DNA of 64,000 nucleotides. It comes from an uncultured Nitrososphaeraceae archaeon (GTDB lineage: Archaea > Thermoproteota > Nitrososphaeria > Nitrososphaerales > Nitrososphaeraceae). The stretch is from NCBI GenBank assembly GCA_963779615.1, contig CAVZZA010000001.1:256001-320000 (forward strand), written 5' to 3'. The first letter of the stretch is position 1. Each line of letters begins with the position of its first letter. The notes beneath the pieces are model-generated. The model was given only the letters and a program-made list of their open reading frames with translations, did not search any database and was not told the DNA's origin. Below are positions 22,784 to 33,890 of this stretch, one piece after another. Position numbers and translations under genes: made by a program.

Positions 22784-22926
22784 TTAATTTTATCAGATAT
22801 TAAATACAATAACAAATATTAAAATTTAAAAACAATTTCGAAAATCAGGCAAAAATGTTTAATAATATTTAAATTTGTATGATAATGATTTACAAAGAAG
22901 ATAAAAAAATGTAAATATAGTTGTGA

Positions 22927-23466
22927 TTGTTTAAAAAATTAATGAGTGTTGCAGAAAAACCTAATGAACTCCTTACACTTGACCCCAGAATAAAATTTGT
23001 CGGGGTTTTAAAAGAGGGCAACATGGAATTAAATTTTAAAGAGTCAAATGAAGATATTGAAAATAATAGTGCAAAATTAGGCTGTATCCAAACTCCCCAC
23101 ATTATAGAGATAGGTGAAAGATTTTCAAAAGAATTAGGAAAATTGGAATACATATCTTTTGAATACGACAAGGCAAAGATATTTGATTTAACAGCAAAGG
23201 AAAAAACTGTCACCTTTGCGACTACAAAAGACACAGACAATGATGAAATCGTAAACAAAGTTTCAAATCACATATTGAATCCAGAAAAAGATAGACCAGG
23301 CAAAATTGATGACGAAAAGAATTTGTCCATGAAGAGTAGTTACGACAATCCATGGCAAAGCCATATGCTAAATTGCATAAAACTCTTTAAAGAGTTCACG
23401 AGGGTATCCCTCTATGTTAACGAAAAAACCGTAAAAACAGCTTGGAAAAAATACAATAAACAATAA
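22927..23466 (+). CDS. Hypothetical protein (roadblock/GAF-like thaumarchaeal family)
   Basis: LLTLDPRIKFVGV...LGKLEYISFEYDK pattern. Confidence 0.55.
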   Translation: MFKKLMSVAEKPNELLTLDPRIKFVGVLKEGNMELNFKESNEDIENNSAKLGCIQTPHIIEIGERFSKELGKLEYISFEYDKAKIFDLTAKEKTVTFATTKDTDNDEIVNKVSNHILNPEKDRPGKIDDEKNLSMKSSYDNPWQSHMLNCIKLFKEFTRVSLYVNEKTVKTAWKKYNKQ

Positions 23467-23516
23467 CAACAGAAAGATTGGGTATTGCCGGTATTGGAAA
23501 CTCCATTGGTAATCCA

Positions 23517-23888
23517 TTACAACAAAGCAATGCTTTTCCAATCAGGCAATGAATAAAAATTTAACAAATAATCCCCACAGAAAAGTGAATTGTCATTTAC
23601 ATTGCAGGATAGGTTCGGAGTGACTAATGCTAGGACAGGAAAACTATTGATAACCTTATCTGACATTTTTATAAGATTGTGTATTTCATACCCTTGTATT
23701 TTAGGTATTTTGCTGCTTGACTTTATCTGTATCAGCCAAATCAAACCATTTTTCATGGCAACAATATCAGATGGGCCTTTACTTCCCTTAGAGAAAAATA
23801 CGTTCCAATCATTAGATTTAAGACACAAACCAACTAAAAATTCCGCATCACGCCCAAATTTACTAAAAGAATAATACAGAATAAACAT
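23517..23888 (-). CDS. Hjc-like PD-(D/E)xK nuclease
   Basis: GRDAEFLV...GSKGPSDIVAMK.G.IWLIQIKSS. Confidence 0.7.
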   Translation of the reverse strand: MFILYYSFSKFGRDAEFLVGLCLKSNDWNVFFSKGSKGPSDIVAMKNGLIWLIQIKSSSKIPKIQGYEIHNLIKMSDKVINSFPVLALVTPNLSCNVNDNSLFCGDYLLNFYSLPDWKSIALL

Positions 23889-23990
23889 TGGATATTAAAG
23901 CATATAAATTTTTTACTATATCTTTGATTAAAAATTTCAAACCATAGCTAATTTCAATAGACTTTTAATTTAAATCACCTAATAAGAAAA

Positions 23991-24539
23991 ATGGTAAAAA
24001 GGGGTCTTTTTGTCGGCAGGTTTCAACCGTTGCATCATGGACATTTAAATTCAATAAAAATTTGCCTTAACAGGGTAGACCTACTAATAATCGCTATCGG
24101 TAGTGCAGATAAAAGTTTCGAGGTCAAAAATCCTTTTACTGCAGGGGAGAGAATAGAATTCATAAGAGAAACAATTTGTAAAGAAATCAACAAGGAAGCA
24201 CTACAAAAAATAATTCTCATACCAGTTCCAGATATAGGAATACACAGATTATGGACACATAATGTTGATTCACTGGTACCAAGATATGATATGGTATTTA
24301 CCAATGATCAATTTACAACTATGCTGTTTAAAGAGAGAGGGATTGAAACAATCCATCCGGAAATAATCAACAGAGAAAAGCTTTCGGCAACAGAAGTCAG
24401 ACATAGAATTGCAAATGATAAAAATTGGATGGAGTTGGTGTCTAATGAAACAGCAAGGATCATTGAGGAAATAAAGGGGGTTGAAAGAATCAAGGCAATT
24501 AACAACACAAATCATCAAAATGAACACCATCAACAATAA
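23991..24539 (+). CDS. nadM: Nicotinamide-nucleotide adenylyltransferase
   Basis: GRFQPLHHGH, NPFTAGER, SATEVR. Confidence 0.93.
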   Translation: MVKRGLFVGRFQPLHHGHLNSIKICLNRVDLLIIAIGSADKSFEVKNPFTAGERIEFIRETICKEINKEALQKIILIPVPDIGIHRLWTHNVDSLVPRYDMVFTNDQFTTMLFKERGIETIHPEIINREKLSATEVRHRIANDKNWMELVSNETARIIEEIKGVERIKAINNTNHQNEHHQQ

Positions 24540-24573
24540 AAAATTAATTCAAAATCAAATCATAAACCCATAA

Positions 24574-25638
24574 TTGCTAATAATAGACGGATCAACCGGT
24601 GAAGGTGGGGGTCAAATACTCAGAAGCGCTTTAACGATTTCAACTATTGTCAAAAAGCCTTTAAAAATAATAAACATTCGGACAAAAAGAAATAATCCGG
24701 GGTTGAGGCACCAACACGTTACAGCAATAAACATTTTATCAAAAATTTTTAACATTGATGTCGAAAATGTAGAAGTAGGATCAGAATGGATAAATATAAT
24801 ATTTGACAAGCATAACAAAAAAAAAGATAGTGACCTAAACAAAGACATCCTAAATATCGATATCGGGACTGCAGGGAGTATTCCATTGCTACTACAAACC
24901 TTGGTTCCAACCATCGCGATTTCTAAAAAAGATATCACGTTACAATTGACAGGAGGGACGGATGTAAAATTCAGTCCTACAATAGACTATATGGCATATG
25001 TAATGAAGGAAGCGTTTAAAAAAATAGGAATATCTTTCAATATAAATGTAATAAATAGAGGATTTTATCCAAACGGCAAAGGAACCATTAATTTAGACAT
25101 TCAGAAGGCAAACACCCTTAATCCAATAGATTTTTGCAATTTTAAAGAAGTAAACCCAAACATAATAAGTATCGCAGGCAAGTTACCAAAACACGTCACG
25201 GACAGGCAAATAAGCAGCGCTTTGTCAAACTTGGAGAAGAATGGGATAAGATGCCACAAACATAGGTCATCAATGGAGAATTCAATTAGTCCGGGTTCAT
25301 CCATTTTGATATACGCAATATCGGAGTCTGGAATTTACCTGGGAGCAGATTCGATAGGTGAAAAAAATATAAAAGCTGAAACAATAGGGTTTAATGCATC
25401 TAAAAAATTTATAGAGGAGTACAAGTATCAAGCTTGTGTAGACTCACATTTGGCAGATATGCTGGTATTGCCACTGAGTTTTGTCAAAGAAAAATCAAGG
25501 TACAAGGTATCAAGAATTTCAAAACACCTGTTAACTAATCTGGAACTAATCAAAAAGGTAAATGGAATGGAATATCAAATAGATAAATTTTCAGAGAATG
25601 AATATATTGTAACAATAAAGGGCTCTCAAACTATTTAA
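24574..25638 (+). CDS. rtcA: RNA 3'-terminal phosphate cyclase
   Basis: DGSTGEGGGQILR, PGLRHQH, GGTDV, RGFYPNGKG, VDSHLADML. Confidence 0.93.
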   Translation: MLIIDGSTGEGGGQILRSALTISTIVKKPLKIINIRTKRNNPGLRHQHVTAINILSKIFNIDVENVEVGSEWINIIFDKHNKKKDSDLNKDILNIDIGTAGSIPLLLQTLVPTIAISKKDITLQLTGGTDVKFSPTIDYMAYVMKEAFKKIGISFNINVINRGFYPNGKGTINLDIQKANTLNPIDFCNFKEVNPNIISIAGKLPKHVTDRQISSALSNLEKNGIRCHKHRSSMENSISPGSSILIYAISESGIYLGADSIGEKNIKAETIGFNASKKFIEEYKYQACVDSHLADMLVLPLSFVKEKSRYKVSRISKHLLTNLELIKKVNGMEYQIDKFSENEYIVTIKGSQTI

Positions 25639-27088
25639 AGAACCTTTTTGTTTCACCCAGTGTTATCATGTTTACTGGGTCTATTTTTACAACCATTGGT
25701 AAATTAGAAACAACCTTCCCTATTGAAAGGCAACTGCGATGAGATAGGGTTTTAACCAAAGATTTTATTGTGGAGCTGTCAAGTAAAGATACCTTAGATA
25801 TTTTCTCTAGATCAGCATCATTAGTAAAGTTGAATAAAAAAATATTATCAACTTGCCTATAAATGGTATCGTTTAATGCATCAGGTTGGTTAGTGATAAA
25901 TGTAGTGTATATTCCAAAATGCCTCATTCGCGTTATCAAGTCTTCCCAATAGGTGTCACGGATATACAGATGGGCTTCTTCTGCAAAAATAAAGATTGGC
26001 GGGATTAATGATTTTTCAAGCAAGTCTATTAGTTTGTTCATTACAAGCTCAACAATCATTCGCCTGACGACAGGGGAAATGCGGCTCATGTTTATTACCA
26101 TACCTGCTCCTTTTTTTTTCGTTTTTACAAGGTCCTCAAATTGAAATCCTTTCTCATTAGGTCGATTAGATGAAAAAAGAAGTGATGAATTGATTGTGTG
26201 GTATCTAGATAATAATGCATCTCTCACTAATTCATTGATGGTCCATGTACTAAACGCGTGTCCAAGTTCATCGAGTCCCAGCATTTTTTTATTTTCAAGT
26301 GAATCCCATATTCTAAAAAACTCCCTTAATGAGGCGGCGGGCATGTCAAGGGCGTTTTTTAACATGTTTGAAATGGATGATTTACCACAATACCGTAAAT
26401 CAAACTTTAGTCCATTACCTGGCTCCAATAAAAGTATCTTGTCATTGATAGAAGATGGCTTCCCATCGTTATTGGACAACAGTCCACTATATTCATTATT
26501 TAAATCAAAAACAATGACATATGCCCCATATTGAACTAAGTGTTTTATCAGTATCTTTGAAAGGTGGGATTTGCCGGTCTCTTTTTTTCCCGTAATAATA
26601 TTTAGTTTACCATCGAGATCTTCGGCATAAATCTCAAAAAACTGGTTGTCTGATCCTGACTTGCCGATTTGGATTGGATACTGCATATTTTTTTTTATCA
26701 AAGACTTTATTTCGCTATAGCTTATTTTGAGAATTTTTGAATTTACTCGTGATGGAACCCAGTCCACGTCAGCAGATAGATTGTCATAATTGTCAATAGA
26801 TGCTCTAATTTTTGTTCTAAATAACCTTACGTCTCTTATTATTTGGGACAAGTTGTTAATTTCTAAAGGATCAAAGATATTTTCTGTGCTATAGTTTCCT
26901 ATGACTTCATCTTTAATTATTTCATCGGCAAGTGACTGAGAGGAGAGATATTCCTCGTCGTAAATTTGAACTAACAGTTTTTTATTCATGTTAAAGTCTT
27001 CAATTATGAAATAATCGCCTTTGTTTGCAAAATCATTGGTTACGGCAAGTAATATAATCTCATCACCGCTTTTTGACAGGATCTTCAT
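25631..27088 (-). CDS. herA: HerA-like ATPase; likely start ATG 27088 overlapping the nurA stop (ATGA)
   Basis: Walker A GKKETGKS, VFDLNNEY, Walker B FAEEAH, RMRHFG, ITNQP. Confidence 0.82.
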   Translation of the reverse strand: MKILSKSGDEIILLAVTNDFANKGDYFIIEDFNMNKKLLVQIYDEEYLSSQSLADEIIKDEVIGNYSTENIFDPLEINNLSQIIRDVRLFRTKIRASIDNYDNLSADVDWVPSRVNSKILKISYSEIKSLIKKNMQYPIQIGKSGSDNQFFEIYAEDLDGKLNIITGKKETGKSHLSKILIKHLVQYGAYVIVFDLNNEYSGLLSNNDGKPSSINDKILLLEPGNGLKFDLRYCGKSSISNMLKNALDMPAASLREFFRIWDSLENKKMLGLDELGHAFSTWTINELVRDALLSRYHTINSSLLFSSNRPNEKGFQFEDLVKTKKKGAGMVINMSRISPVVRRMIVELVMNKLIDLLEKSLIPPIFIFAEEAHLYIRDTYWEDLITRMRHFGIYTTFITNQPDALNDTIYRQVDNIFLFNFTNDADLEKISKVSLLDSSTIKSLVKTLSHRSCLSIGKVVSNLPMVVKIDPVNMITLGETKRFFK

Positions 27089-28143
27089 TTCCAAACAGAT
27101 CCCAATATGGAATTTCTAACGTTTTCGTGAAATATCTCTTTGATAAAGTAGTTTGATTTTATAAAACTCTGTATACTGGATACATCAGTGTTTGAAAAAG
27201 TTGAAACGTGGTGAGACAGCTGTAGTGTACTCGGATACCCATTAGTGATAAATTCATTATAAAGCAACATCCCTAAAGAGCCACTAACATCATTATCAAA
27301 TGCCACTATATCGGCTCTCAATATATTAGAATATTTATTGTTGTCAAATTTCACCAAAATATGATCTCCATATGTTCGCCTGACTAAACTTGTGATAACC
27401 AAGTCAATATTGATAAAAGAAGCGTTTTTCGATTTCAGCAAAGGATAGGTAAAATATTTTAGCACCTTTATCTTGGTGTTTTTACTGACCCCAATTATCG
27501 AGTTTTTATTGATAACCGAGTTTTCAATTATCTTTGAAATGGAGTAAAACTGATTTTCAAATAGGGAGTATTTAAGGGAACCATCAATAAGTATAATTGA
27601 ATTAGTTACTAATTTAGATAACCAAAATTGAATGTACCTTTCGAAATTGATTCTCAAAAATTTTTTGGCATAATCGTCATTGAATAACGTTAATTTCAAT
27701 ATATTGTGATCTAAACGAAAGTTTTTTAACACTTCCTCATTTAAATAAAACAAAAAAGGCCCAATTTTGATGTGGGCTATAGGCCTTCCCTTAAAAGAGA
27801 TGCAAGTTGAGCCTTTTATTGCAAACAAACCCCCATCTTCTACCTCTGCAACCTTAATACAGCTTGAATCAATACCAAAGACGAACTTCTCTTTTTCAAT
27901 TAATTTAATATCATTAACTTTAACTTTATCATATTTTTCAGAACGCATTCCCCAATTTTGGATTGGTATGCCATCATCATCATTTACAAAAACCAGTTTT
28001 TTATTATGTAACAATTTCTTATAATCTTTACAAAAAAATGAATTAGTAAAATTGCTGATTAACGAGGTCTTCACATCATCAATGTTTGACTCTAGATCAT
28101 GCAAATTTAATTGATTATTCATCATGTTCAACAACACATCCAT
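27085..28143 (-). CDS. nurA: NurA-like nuclease
   Basis: GIDSS, ILIDGSL, GVSKNT, GYPSTLQLSHH; coupled to herA. Confidence 0.8.
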   Translation of the reverse strand: MDVLLNMMNNQLNLHDLESNIDDVKTSLISNFTNSFFCKDYKKLLHNKKLVFVNDDDGIPIQNWGMRSEKYDKVKVNDIKLIEKEKFVFGIDSSCIKVAEVEDGGLFAIKGSTCISFKGRPIAHIKIGPFLFYLNEEVLKNFRLDHNILKLTLFNDDYAKKFLRINFERYIQFWLSKLVTNSIILIDGSLKYSLFENQFYSISKIIENSVINKNSIIGVSKNTKIKVLKYFTYPLLKSKNASFINIDLVITSLVRRTYGDHILVKFDNNKYSNILRADIVAFDNDVSGSLGMLLYNEFITNGYPSTLQLSHHVSTFSNTDVSSIQSFIKSNYFIKEIFHENVRNSILGSVWK

Positions 28144-28218
28144 ACTAATAAATGTTGTTCAACATGCACAACATGGACATCAATAACTTTATCAACTGGA
28201 AAATACAATATTATAGAG

Positions 28219-28734
28219 ATGAATGAGGCAATATCGAAGCTTTCCATCGAAGCCAAAATTAAACTAAAATATAAAGAATGGGAAGTTGAAATTACCTGCA
28301 CCGAAGATAAAGTAAAGCAGGTGGTAGAGAATGTACTCTCTGGAATAGATATTGCCTCACTGTCAAACACAAATGTAAACGATGAAATTGAAAAGTTAAG
28401 AAATGATTTGAATGATTTAAAATCCAAATCTGAAGCAAATAACGGCATAAACAACTACAATCAAAGAAGGAACAGCAGTATTTCATTAAAGGAATTAACC
28501 AAAAATGGTAACACCTGTAGAAGCCTTATAGAAAAACTTTTTTACGAAAAATATTTTGAGGGTGAAAGGCTATTGGGCGAGGTTCATGAAAAGATATCAG
28601 CAATGGGATACAACTACGACAGGACAGCAGTTTCCCATTCTTTGACAGACATGGTCAGAGAAGGAATATTAACCCGAGTTGGGACGCTAAGAAATTATAG
28701 ATACATTCAGAAAAAACCATTATTTGAGAAATAG
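28219..28734 (+). CDS. Hypothetical protein with C-terminal winged HTH (likely start ATG 28219)
   Basis: YFEGERLLGEVHEKI...YDRTAVSHSLTDMVREGILTRVG. Confidence 0.7.
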   Translation: MNEAISKLSIEAKIKLKYKEWEVEITCTEDKVKQVVENVLSGIDIASLSNTNVNDEIEKLRNDLNDLKSKSEANNGINNYNQRRNSSISLKELTKNGNTCRSLIEKLFYEKYFEGERLLGEVHEKISAMGYNYDRTAVSHSLTDMVREGILTRVGTLRNYRYIQKKPLFEK

Positions 28735-28737
28735 CAA

Positions 28738-29289
28738 TTATTTTGCATTGATTTTTTTGGTCATAATACTATTTAGCCAACTAATACCAACAGTAGTAAT
28801 TCCATAAACTACCAATTCTGATTGGTTCTCCTTATTAACACCCCTAAAAACATAGCCAGCCTTAACTAATTCAGACAACCTAGAGCTTATAGATTTTGGA
28901 TTTAGATTTGTTGAGGACTGGATATCAGAAATTGGGGAAGACTTGTCAGAACTTTTACCCAATTCAAAAGCAATTTTCAATCCCAATAAAAATAACATAA
29001 CTATCTCCTTATCAGAAAATTTTTTATTGTGTATCTCTCCGTTATTTGGCAAAATTTTTGGCCCTTCTGGCGTAATTTTGATTATAGGAGAATAGAGATC
29101 TATCAACTCAGATATAGAATAGTTTAAGGATATCTTTCTAGCCAAGCCTATTTCAGGTATGTTTTTTGAAAGAAAATTCATTACAGATGATGCAACATTC
29201 TCAGGTTCACCACTAAATTGCACCTTTATGTCACCTAATTGGACAGACACATTTATTGTTTCATGTTTTTCAAAATCTTTCGAAGTCAT
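28738..29289 (-). CDS. Hypothetical protein with C-terminal winged HTH
   Basis: LNPKSISSRLSELVKAGYV...YGITTVG. Confidence 0.72.
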   Translation of the reverse strand: MTSKDFEKHETINVSVQLGDIKVQFSGEPENVASSVMNFLSKNIPEIGLARKISLNYSISELIDLYSPIIKITPEGPKILPNNGEIHNKKFSDKEIVMLFLLGLKIAFELGKSSDKSSPISDIQSSTNLNPKSISSRLSELVKAGYVFRGVNKENQSELVVYGITTVGISWLNSIMTKKINAK

Positions 29290-29442
29290 CTAAATATATT
29301 CAACAAACCCCTAAATACCAATAAACTTATGAATGTATATTTATTAATTCGTTTCTAACATTAAACATATAATCAAAATTAAAAGATTCAAGATGAAAGG
29401 TACATTAATGGCTGGAATATCAAACAAAATTGAAGGGATAAA

Positions 29443-30072
29443 TTGCAAGAAATGTATAATAATATAGACAATAAAAACAACATAAACATTTTCATAAAGA
29501 CAGGATTTACAACATTATTAAAACCATTTGAGGAATCCCTTCAGGATATTGAAAAAATTACAAAATCATTTGGTTTAGCCATTAAAGTTCATAATGAAAT
29601 AACAAGAAAATATCAATTTGATAATATGGAACCCCAGATAAACCATTCATTAAGAGTGGCATTAATTTTGTCTGAAGAAATAAAAATGAATGATTCAGAC
29701 TTGGTCTGTTCAGCCTTGCTTCACGATATATCTGATAAAAACGAACCAACCCAAGAGATAAAAGATTACATTAAAACAGAAATCGGCAAGAAAATCTATG
29801 ATACAGTTTCGTTTTTTGTGAAAAAGACAAAAAAAAACGATGAAACTTTAATTGAAAAACAAATTTCGAAAATAAAGCAAGCGAACAATTACATAAAGTG
29901 CATAGTTTTGGCAGAGAGGCTTGACGATCTCCGATCACTAAAAAATTCAAGAAGAAAAGACAAAATCTCCAGATTTAAAGATGAAACTCAAAAATACTTT
30001 GTGCCATTGGCCGAGAAAACTAATGAGAAAATCTTGTTAAAACTAATAATAGCGCTTTATGAACTGAAATAA
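29443..30072 (+). CDS. HD-domain protein of RelA/SpoT hydrolase (HD_4, Mesh1-like) type
   Basis: KVH...INHSLRVA...SALLHDI...LAERLDDLRSL...ETQKYFVPLA. Confidence 0.72.
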   Translation: MQEMYNNIDNKNNINIFIKTGFTTLLKPFEESLQDIEKITKSFGLAIKVHNEITRKYQFDNMEPQINHSLRVALILSEEIKMNDSDLVCSALLHDISDKNEPTQEIKDYIKTEIGKKIYDTVSFFVKKTKKNDETLIEKQISKIKQANNYIKCIVLAERLDDLRSLKNSRRKDKISRFKDETQKYFVPLAEKTNEKILLKLIIALYELK

Positions 30073-30254
30073 CAAAATTATTTATTCATTACATTTTCCA
30101 TTGCCTTTTTTATGTCCAGTCCAATGATAAATGCACCCAAAAATAAAGTGTCCAGTGCATCCGCAAATAATGCATCTTTTTTTCATTTTCATTTTCATTT
30201 TTCTCGCCTTTCATTCCAAAATAAGATGCCGAAAAAATTTACCTTCAACCAAAA

Positions 30255-30908
30255 CTATCTTCTTGGGCTCGTTATGCCAGTTACAATATAATTCACTGAA
30301 TCTGCGATATAGCATGCATGATCTGAAATGCGTTCCAAATATTTGAATATTAAAGCAGATGAAATATTGCACCTGTTGTCTGAAAAAACATTGTCCGGTT
30401 TTATGATTTTGGCGGATTCACGCAAGTTTTTTTTGAACATGATATCTACAAAATCCTCCATCTCATAGATCTTGTTTGACATTGAATTGTCCAGTAAGCG
30501 TAAGGCAGATACACTTGTATTCATCATCTCTAAAACGTTTTCCGACATGTGAATAACTGAAGACTTGTCGCATAATTTTAGCGGTCCAAAAATCTCCAGT
30601 GCAGTGATAATATCATAAGCATAGCGTCCAAATCTAGAAAAGCCATAAGATATCTCCATCGAGGATTTTATGTAACGCAGATCAGTGGCGACAGGCTGAA
30701 ATCTAGCAATCAACTCTATTGCTAGTTCTGAAACTTCATCCTGAAGAAAACGCAGTTTGGTGGATGATTCAAATATTTCTTTTGTTGTTTCCAAGTTATC
30801 ATCCTTGTATGACCCAATAGCTTTAATTACGGTGTCTTGGGCAATGCTAGCCATATCAAGGATAATGGTGCTTAACTTGTTTAATCCCAAATCAATTAAT
30901 CGAGTCAA
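30255..30908 (-). CDS. phoU: Phosphate uptake regulator PhoU
   Basis: IARFQPVATDLR, YLERISDHACYIA. Confidence 0.93.
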   Translation of the reverse strand: MTRLIDLGLNKLSTIILDMASIAQDTVIKAIGSYKDDNLETTKEIFESSTKLRFLQDEVSELAIELIARFQPVATDLRYIKSSMEISYGFSRFGRYAYDIITALEIFGPLKLCDKSSVIHMSENVLEMMNTSVSALRLLDNSMSNKIYEMEDFVDIMFKKNLRESAKIIKPDNVFSDNRCNISSALIFKYLERISDHACYIADSVNYIVTGITSPRR

Positions 30909-30946
30909 GGCATATCCAACTATATAAAATGAACAAAGAGGGACAA

Positions 30947-31822
30947 TTATCCAAATTTACCCGAAATGTATCTTTCTGTTAATTCTTTAGCAGGGTTTTT
31001 GAAAATCTGGGTAGTCTTACCAAACTCCACCAATTCTCCAAGGTACATAAAAGCAGTATAGTCTGAGACTCTTGCGGCTTGCTGCATGTTATGAGTCACA
31101 ATTATTACGGTTAGATTTTTTTTAAGGTCACTTATCAATTCCTCTATTTTAGAGGATGCAATGGGATCTAATGCAGAGGTAGGCTCATCCATTAAAAGAA
31201 TCTCAGGCTGCATGGCTAGCGCTCTAGCTATACAAAGCCTTTGTTGCTGACCTCCTGACAAACCCAAGCCGGGTTTGTCAAGGTCATTTTTTACCTCATT
31301 CCACAGCCCAGCATCCTCAAGGCTCTCCTGAACTATATTTTTTAGTAAAGGTTTATCCTTTATACCATTAAGCTTCAAGCCAGAGGCAACATTATCAAAA
31401 ATACTCATGGTGGGAAAAGGGTTTGGTTTCTGAAAAACCATACCCATGCGGCGCTTAATGATAACAGGATCAGAACTTTTGTCATAGATATCAAGGTCAT
31501 CCAGAATTATATTGCCCTTAGCAGAAGCATTAGGAGTCATTTCATGCATTCTGTTTATGCATCTCAACAAGGTTGTCTTTCCGCATCCAGAGGGACCTAT
31601 TAAAGCAGTTACACAGTTTTGCTTAAAATCAATGTTAATGTTTTTTAATGCAAGTTTACTGCCAAACCAAGCGTTTAATGAAGTAATAGATAGCTTTGGT
31701 TTTTCATTGCCAAGCAAATTAGAGGTTTTATCTGTAAATGGAGAAGAAAGACAGGGAGAAGACACATCATCATGTTTTTTTCCATTTGCAGAAGATTTTA
31801 AAAGATTATCCAATAATTTCAT
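30947..31822 (-). CDS. pstB: Phosphate ABC transporter ATPase (likely start ATG 31822)
   Basis: [38 protein letters not shown]. Confidence 0.96.
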   Translation of the reverse strand: MKLLDNLLKSSANGKKHDDVSSPCLSSPFTDKTSNLLGNEKPKLSITSLNAWFGSKLALKNINIDFKQNCVTALIGPSGCGKTTLLRCINRMHEMTPNASAKGNIILDDLDIYDKSSDPVIIKRRMGMVFQKPNPFPTMSIFDNVASGLKLNGIKDKPLLKNIVQESLEDAGLWNEVKNDLDKPGLGLSGGQQQRLCIARALAMQPEILLMDEPTSALDPIASSKIEELISDLKKNLTVIIVTHNMQQAARVSDYTAFMYLGELVEFGKTTQIFKNPAKELTERYISGKFG

Positions 31823-31901
31823 CTGTAATATAACATGAGTAGGCTTTATATGTAATATATATTGTCTAAATGAAATATATAGTAACATATAGAGGTATAT
31901 A

Positions 31902-32810
31902 TCATGTAGTAGATTTCAATTGGAAACCCCTTTTTTGAGATATCATTCTCAAAATTATACTCATCGACAATACAAGCAATATAAGAAGCAGGGCTGCGCC
32001 CCAGCCCTGTTCGTGTGCCGATGAATATGGTTGGGACGCAAGCCTCCATATTCTCAAGGGCAACGCATCAACTGGCGAATTAAAACTGCTAAAGAACAAA
32101 CTGGTTCCTAAAATAGTCATGATTAATGGGGCAGTTTCACCAGCAATTCTAGATATTCCTAAAACAATACCAGTAATTATACCACTTTTAGAGCCTTTTA
32201 CAACTATATGCCAAACAACCTTCCATTTGGAAATACCAAGGGCATAGGCAGCCTCCCTTAAAGAATTTGGAATTAGCTTCAATGTCTCCTCAGAAACCCT
32301 AGCAACTATCGGTATCATTATTATAGATAAAACAAAGGCTCCCGCACTGACTGAAAATGAGCCTAATGTTAAAACTATGGTGATGTACCCAACTATTCCT
32401 ATAACAACAGAAGGAATGCCTGTCATTACATCATTGAATAGCCTAAGAAAATATGCAAATCGTTTGCTATGGGAAGAGTATTCTGAGAGATAAATACCTA
32501 CAAGAACTCCAATAGGCGCTCCAATTAGTGTGGCAAACCCGACAATCATAAGAGTTCCCTGAATTGCAGGTCCAATTCCTCCGCCAGCTGAACCCATTGC
32601 ACCAGGAGGGAGAATCAGAAAATCTAGATTAAATGCACCAATTCCATTTCTAAATACATCTATTAAAATACTAACAAGTGGTATTATTGCAATGACTACA
32701 AAAATAAACAATACAGCGGTAATCAAATTATTAATGATTTTTCTCTTTCTTGCATTTTTAACAACATATCCTTGAACTATAGATTTATAATCGATATTTT
32801 CTTTATCCAT
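31902..32810 (-). CDS. pstA: Phosphate ABC transporter permease
   Basis: [25 protein letters not shown]. Confidence 0.95.
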   Translation of the reverse strand: MDKENIDYKSIVQGYVVKNARKRKIINNLITAVLFIFVVIAIIPLVSILIDVFRNGIGAFNLDFLILPPGAMGSAGGGIGPAIQGTLMIVGFATLIGAPIGVLVGIYLSEYSSHSKRFAYFLRLFNDVMTGIPSVVIGIVGYITIVLTLGSFSVSAGAFVLSIIMIPIVARVSEETLKLIPNSLREAAYALGISKWKVVWHIVVKGSKSGIITGIVLGISRIAGETAPLIMTILGTSLFFSSFNSPVDALPLRIWRLASQPYSSAHEQGWGAALLLILLVLSMSIILRMISQKRGFQLKSTT

Positions 32811-32811
32811 G

Positions 32812-33808
32812 TTATTCCCTCATATTAGAGTTAGACTTTGTTACCTTTGAAACTATATAAATTGCAATTACATTGATTAAAAGAGTCAGTATAAATAATA
32901 CTAGTCCAAGGCCTATTAAGGCTGACAGCTGATAATTACCCGAGGCTTCATTGAATTCATTTGCAATAATACTTGACAAGGTTTGACCTGGGGAAAATAA
33001 GGAAGTTGGAATTGCAGATAAACCTACTGCATTACCAATAATCATAGTCACTAGAATTGTTTCGCCAATGGCTCTGCCCAATCCCAAAAATGATGCGCCC
33101 AGTAAACCAGATTTCCCATAAGGAAGAATAGCCGTTTTAACCATCTCCCAGCGAGTTGCGCCAAGCGCATATGCAGCTTCTTTTTGCGAATGAGGGACCG
33201 CTTTGATAACTTCTCGCGAAACAGCAGATATAATGGGAATAATCATTATTGCAAGAACTATGCCTGCAGTGAATACATCAAGTCCGAACGGAGTTCTGGC
33301 GAAAATTGATAAATTATCGCCAAATGTGTTATGGAGAGGCATTTCAATATAGTCTCTCAGATAAAATCGAAATACAAATAATGCCCATAGTCCATATACA
33401 ATACTTGGAACTGCGGCAAGTAATTCAACGACAAAAGATAGAACAGTGACCAATTTTCCTTGTTACCATTTCATTAACAAAAATTGCGATTCCTATACTG
33501 ATTGGAACTGCAATAGCCATCGCAATGACAGAGCTAACCAGTGTTCCCACAATATAAGGCAGTGCACCAAATGATTCTCGACCCTCTACAGCATTCCAAT
33601 CAGTTCCAATAATAAAATTTATGCCTTCTTTAAATAAAATTGGGAGGGAACCTTCAGTTAATGCGTAAAAAACAAGAAAAACCATAAACAAAGCATAAAT
33701 TGAAGCTCCAATTACTAGTGCTTTAAAAAATTTATCTCCAGATTTGGATCCGTTTGATTTTGACCGGATTGTCTGAACAACCTTTACCTTATGATCCTTT
33801 AAACTCAA
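32812..33808 (-). pseudogene. pstC: PstC permease split by a +1 frameshift (real or sequencing error)
   Basis: N-part 33425-33808 (FGALPYIVGTL) and C-part 32812-33453 (ELLAAVPSIVYG, GRAIGET); deleting one base of the T4 run at 33454-57 gives ...RKLVTVLSFVVE. Confidence 0.88.
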
Positions 33809-33890
33809 TGTTAACTTTACATAAATACATATTATTAATATAAATTGCCTATATGATGTATATAGAATAACTGAACTATTTAGAAAAAAA

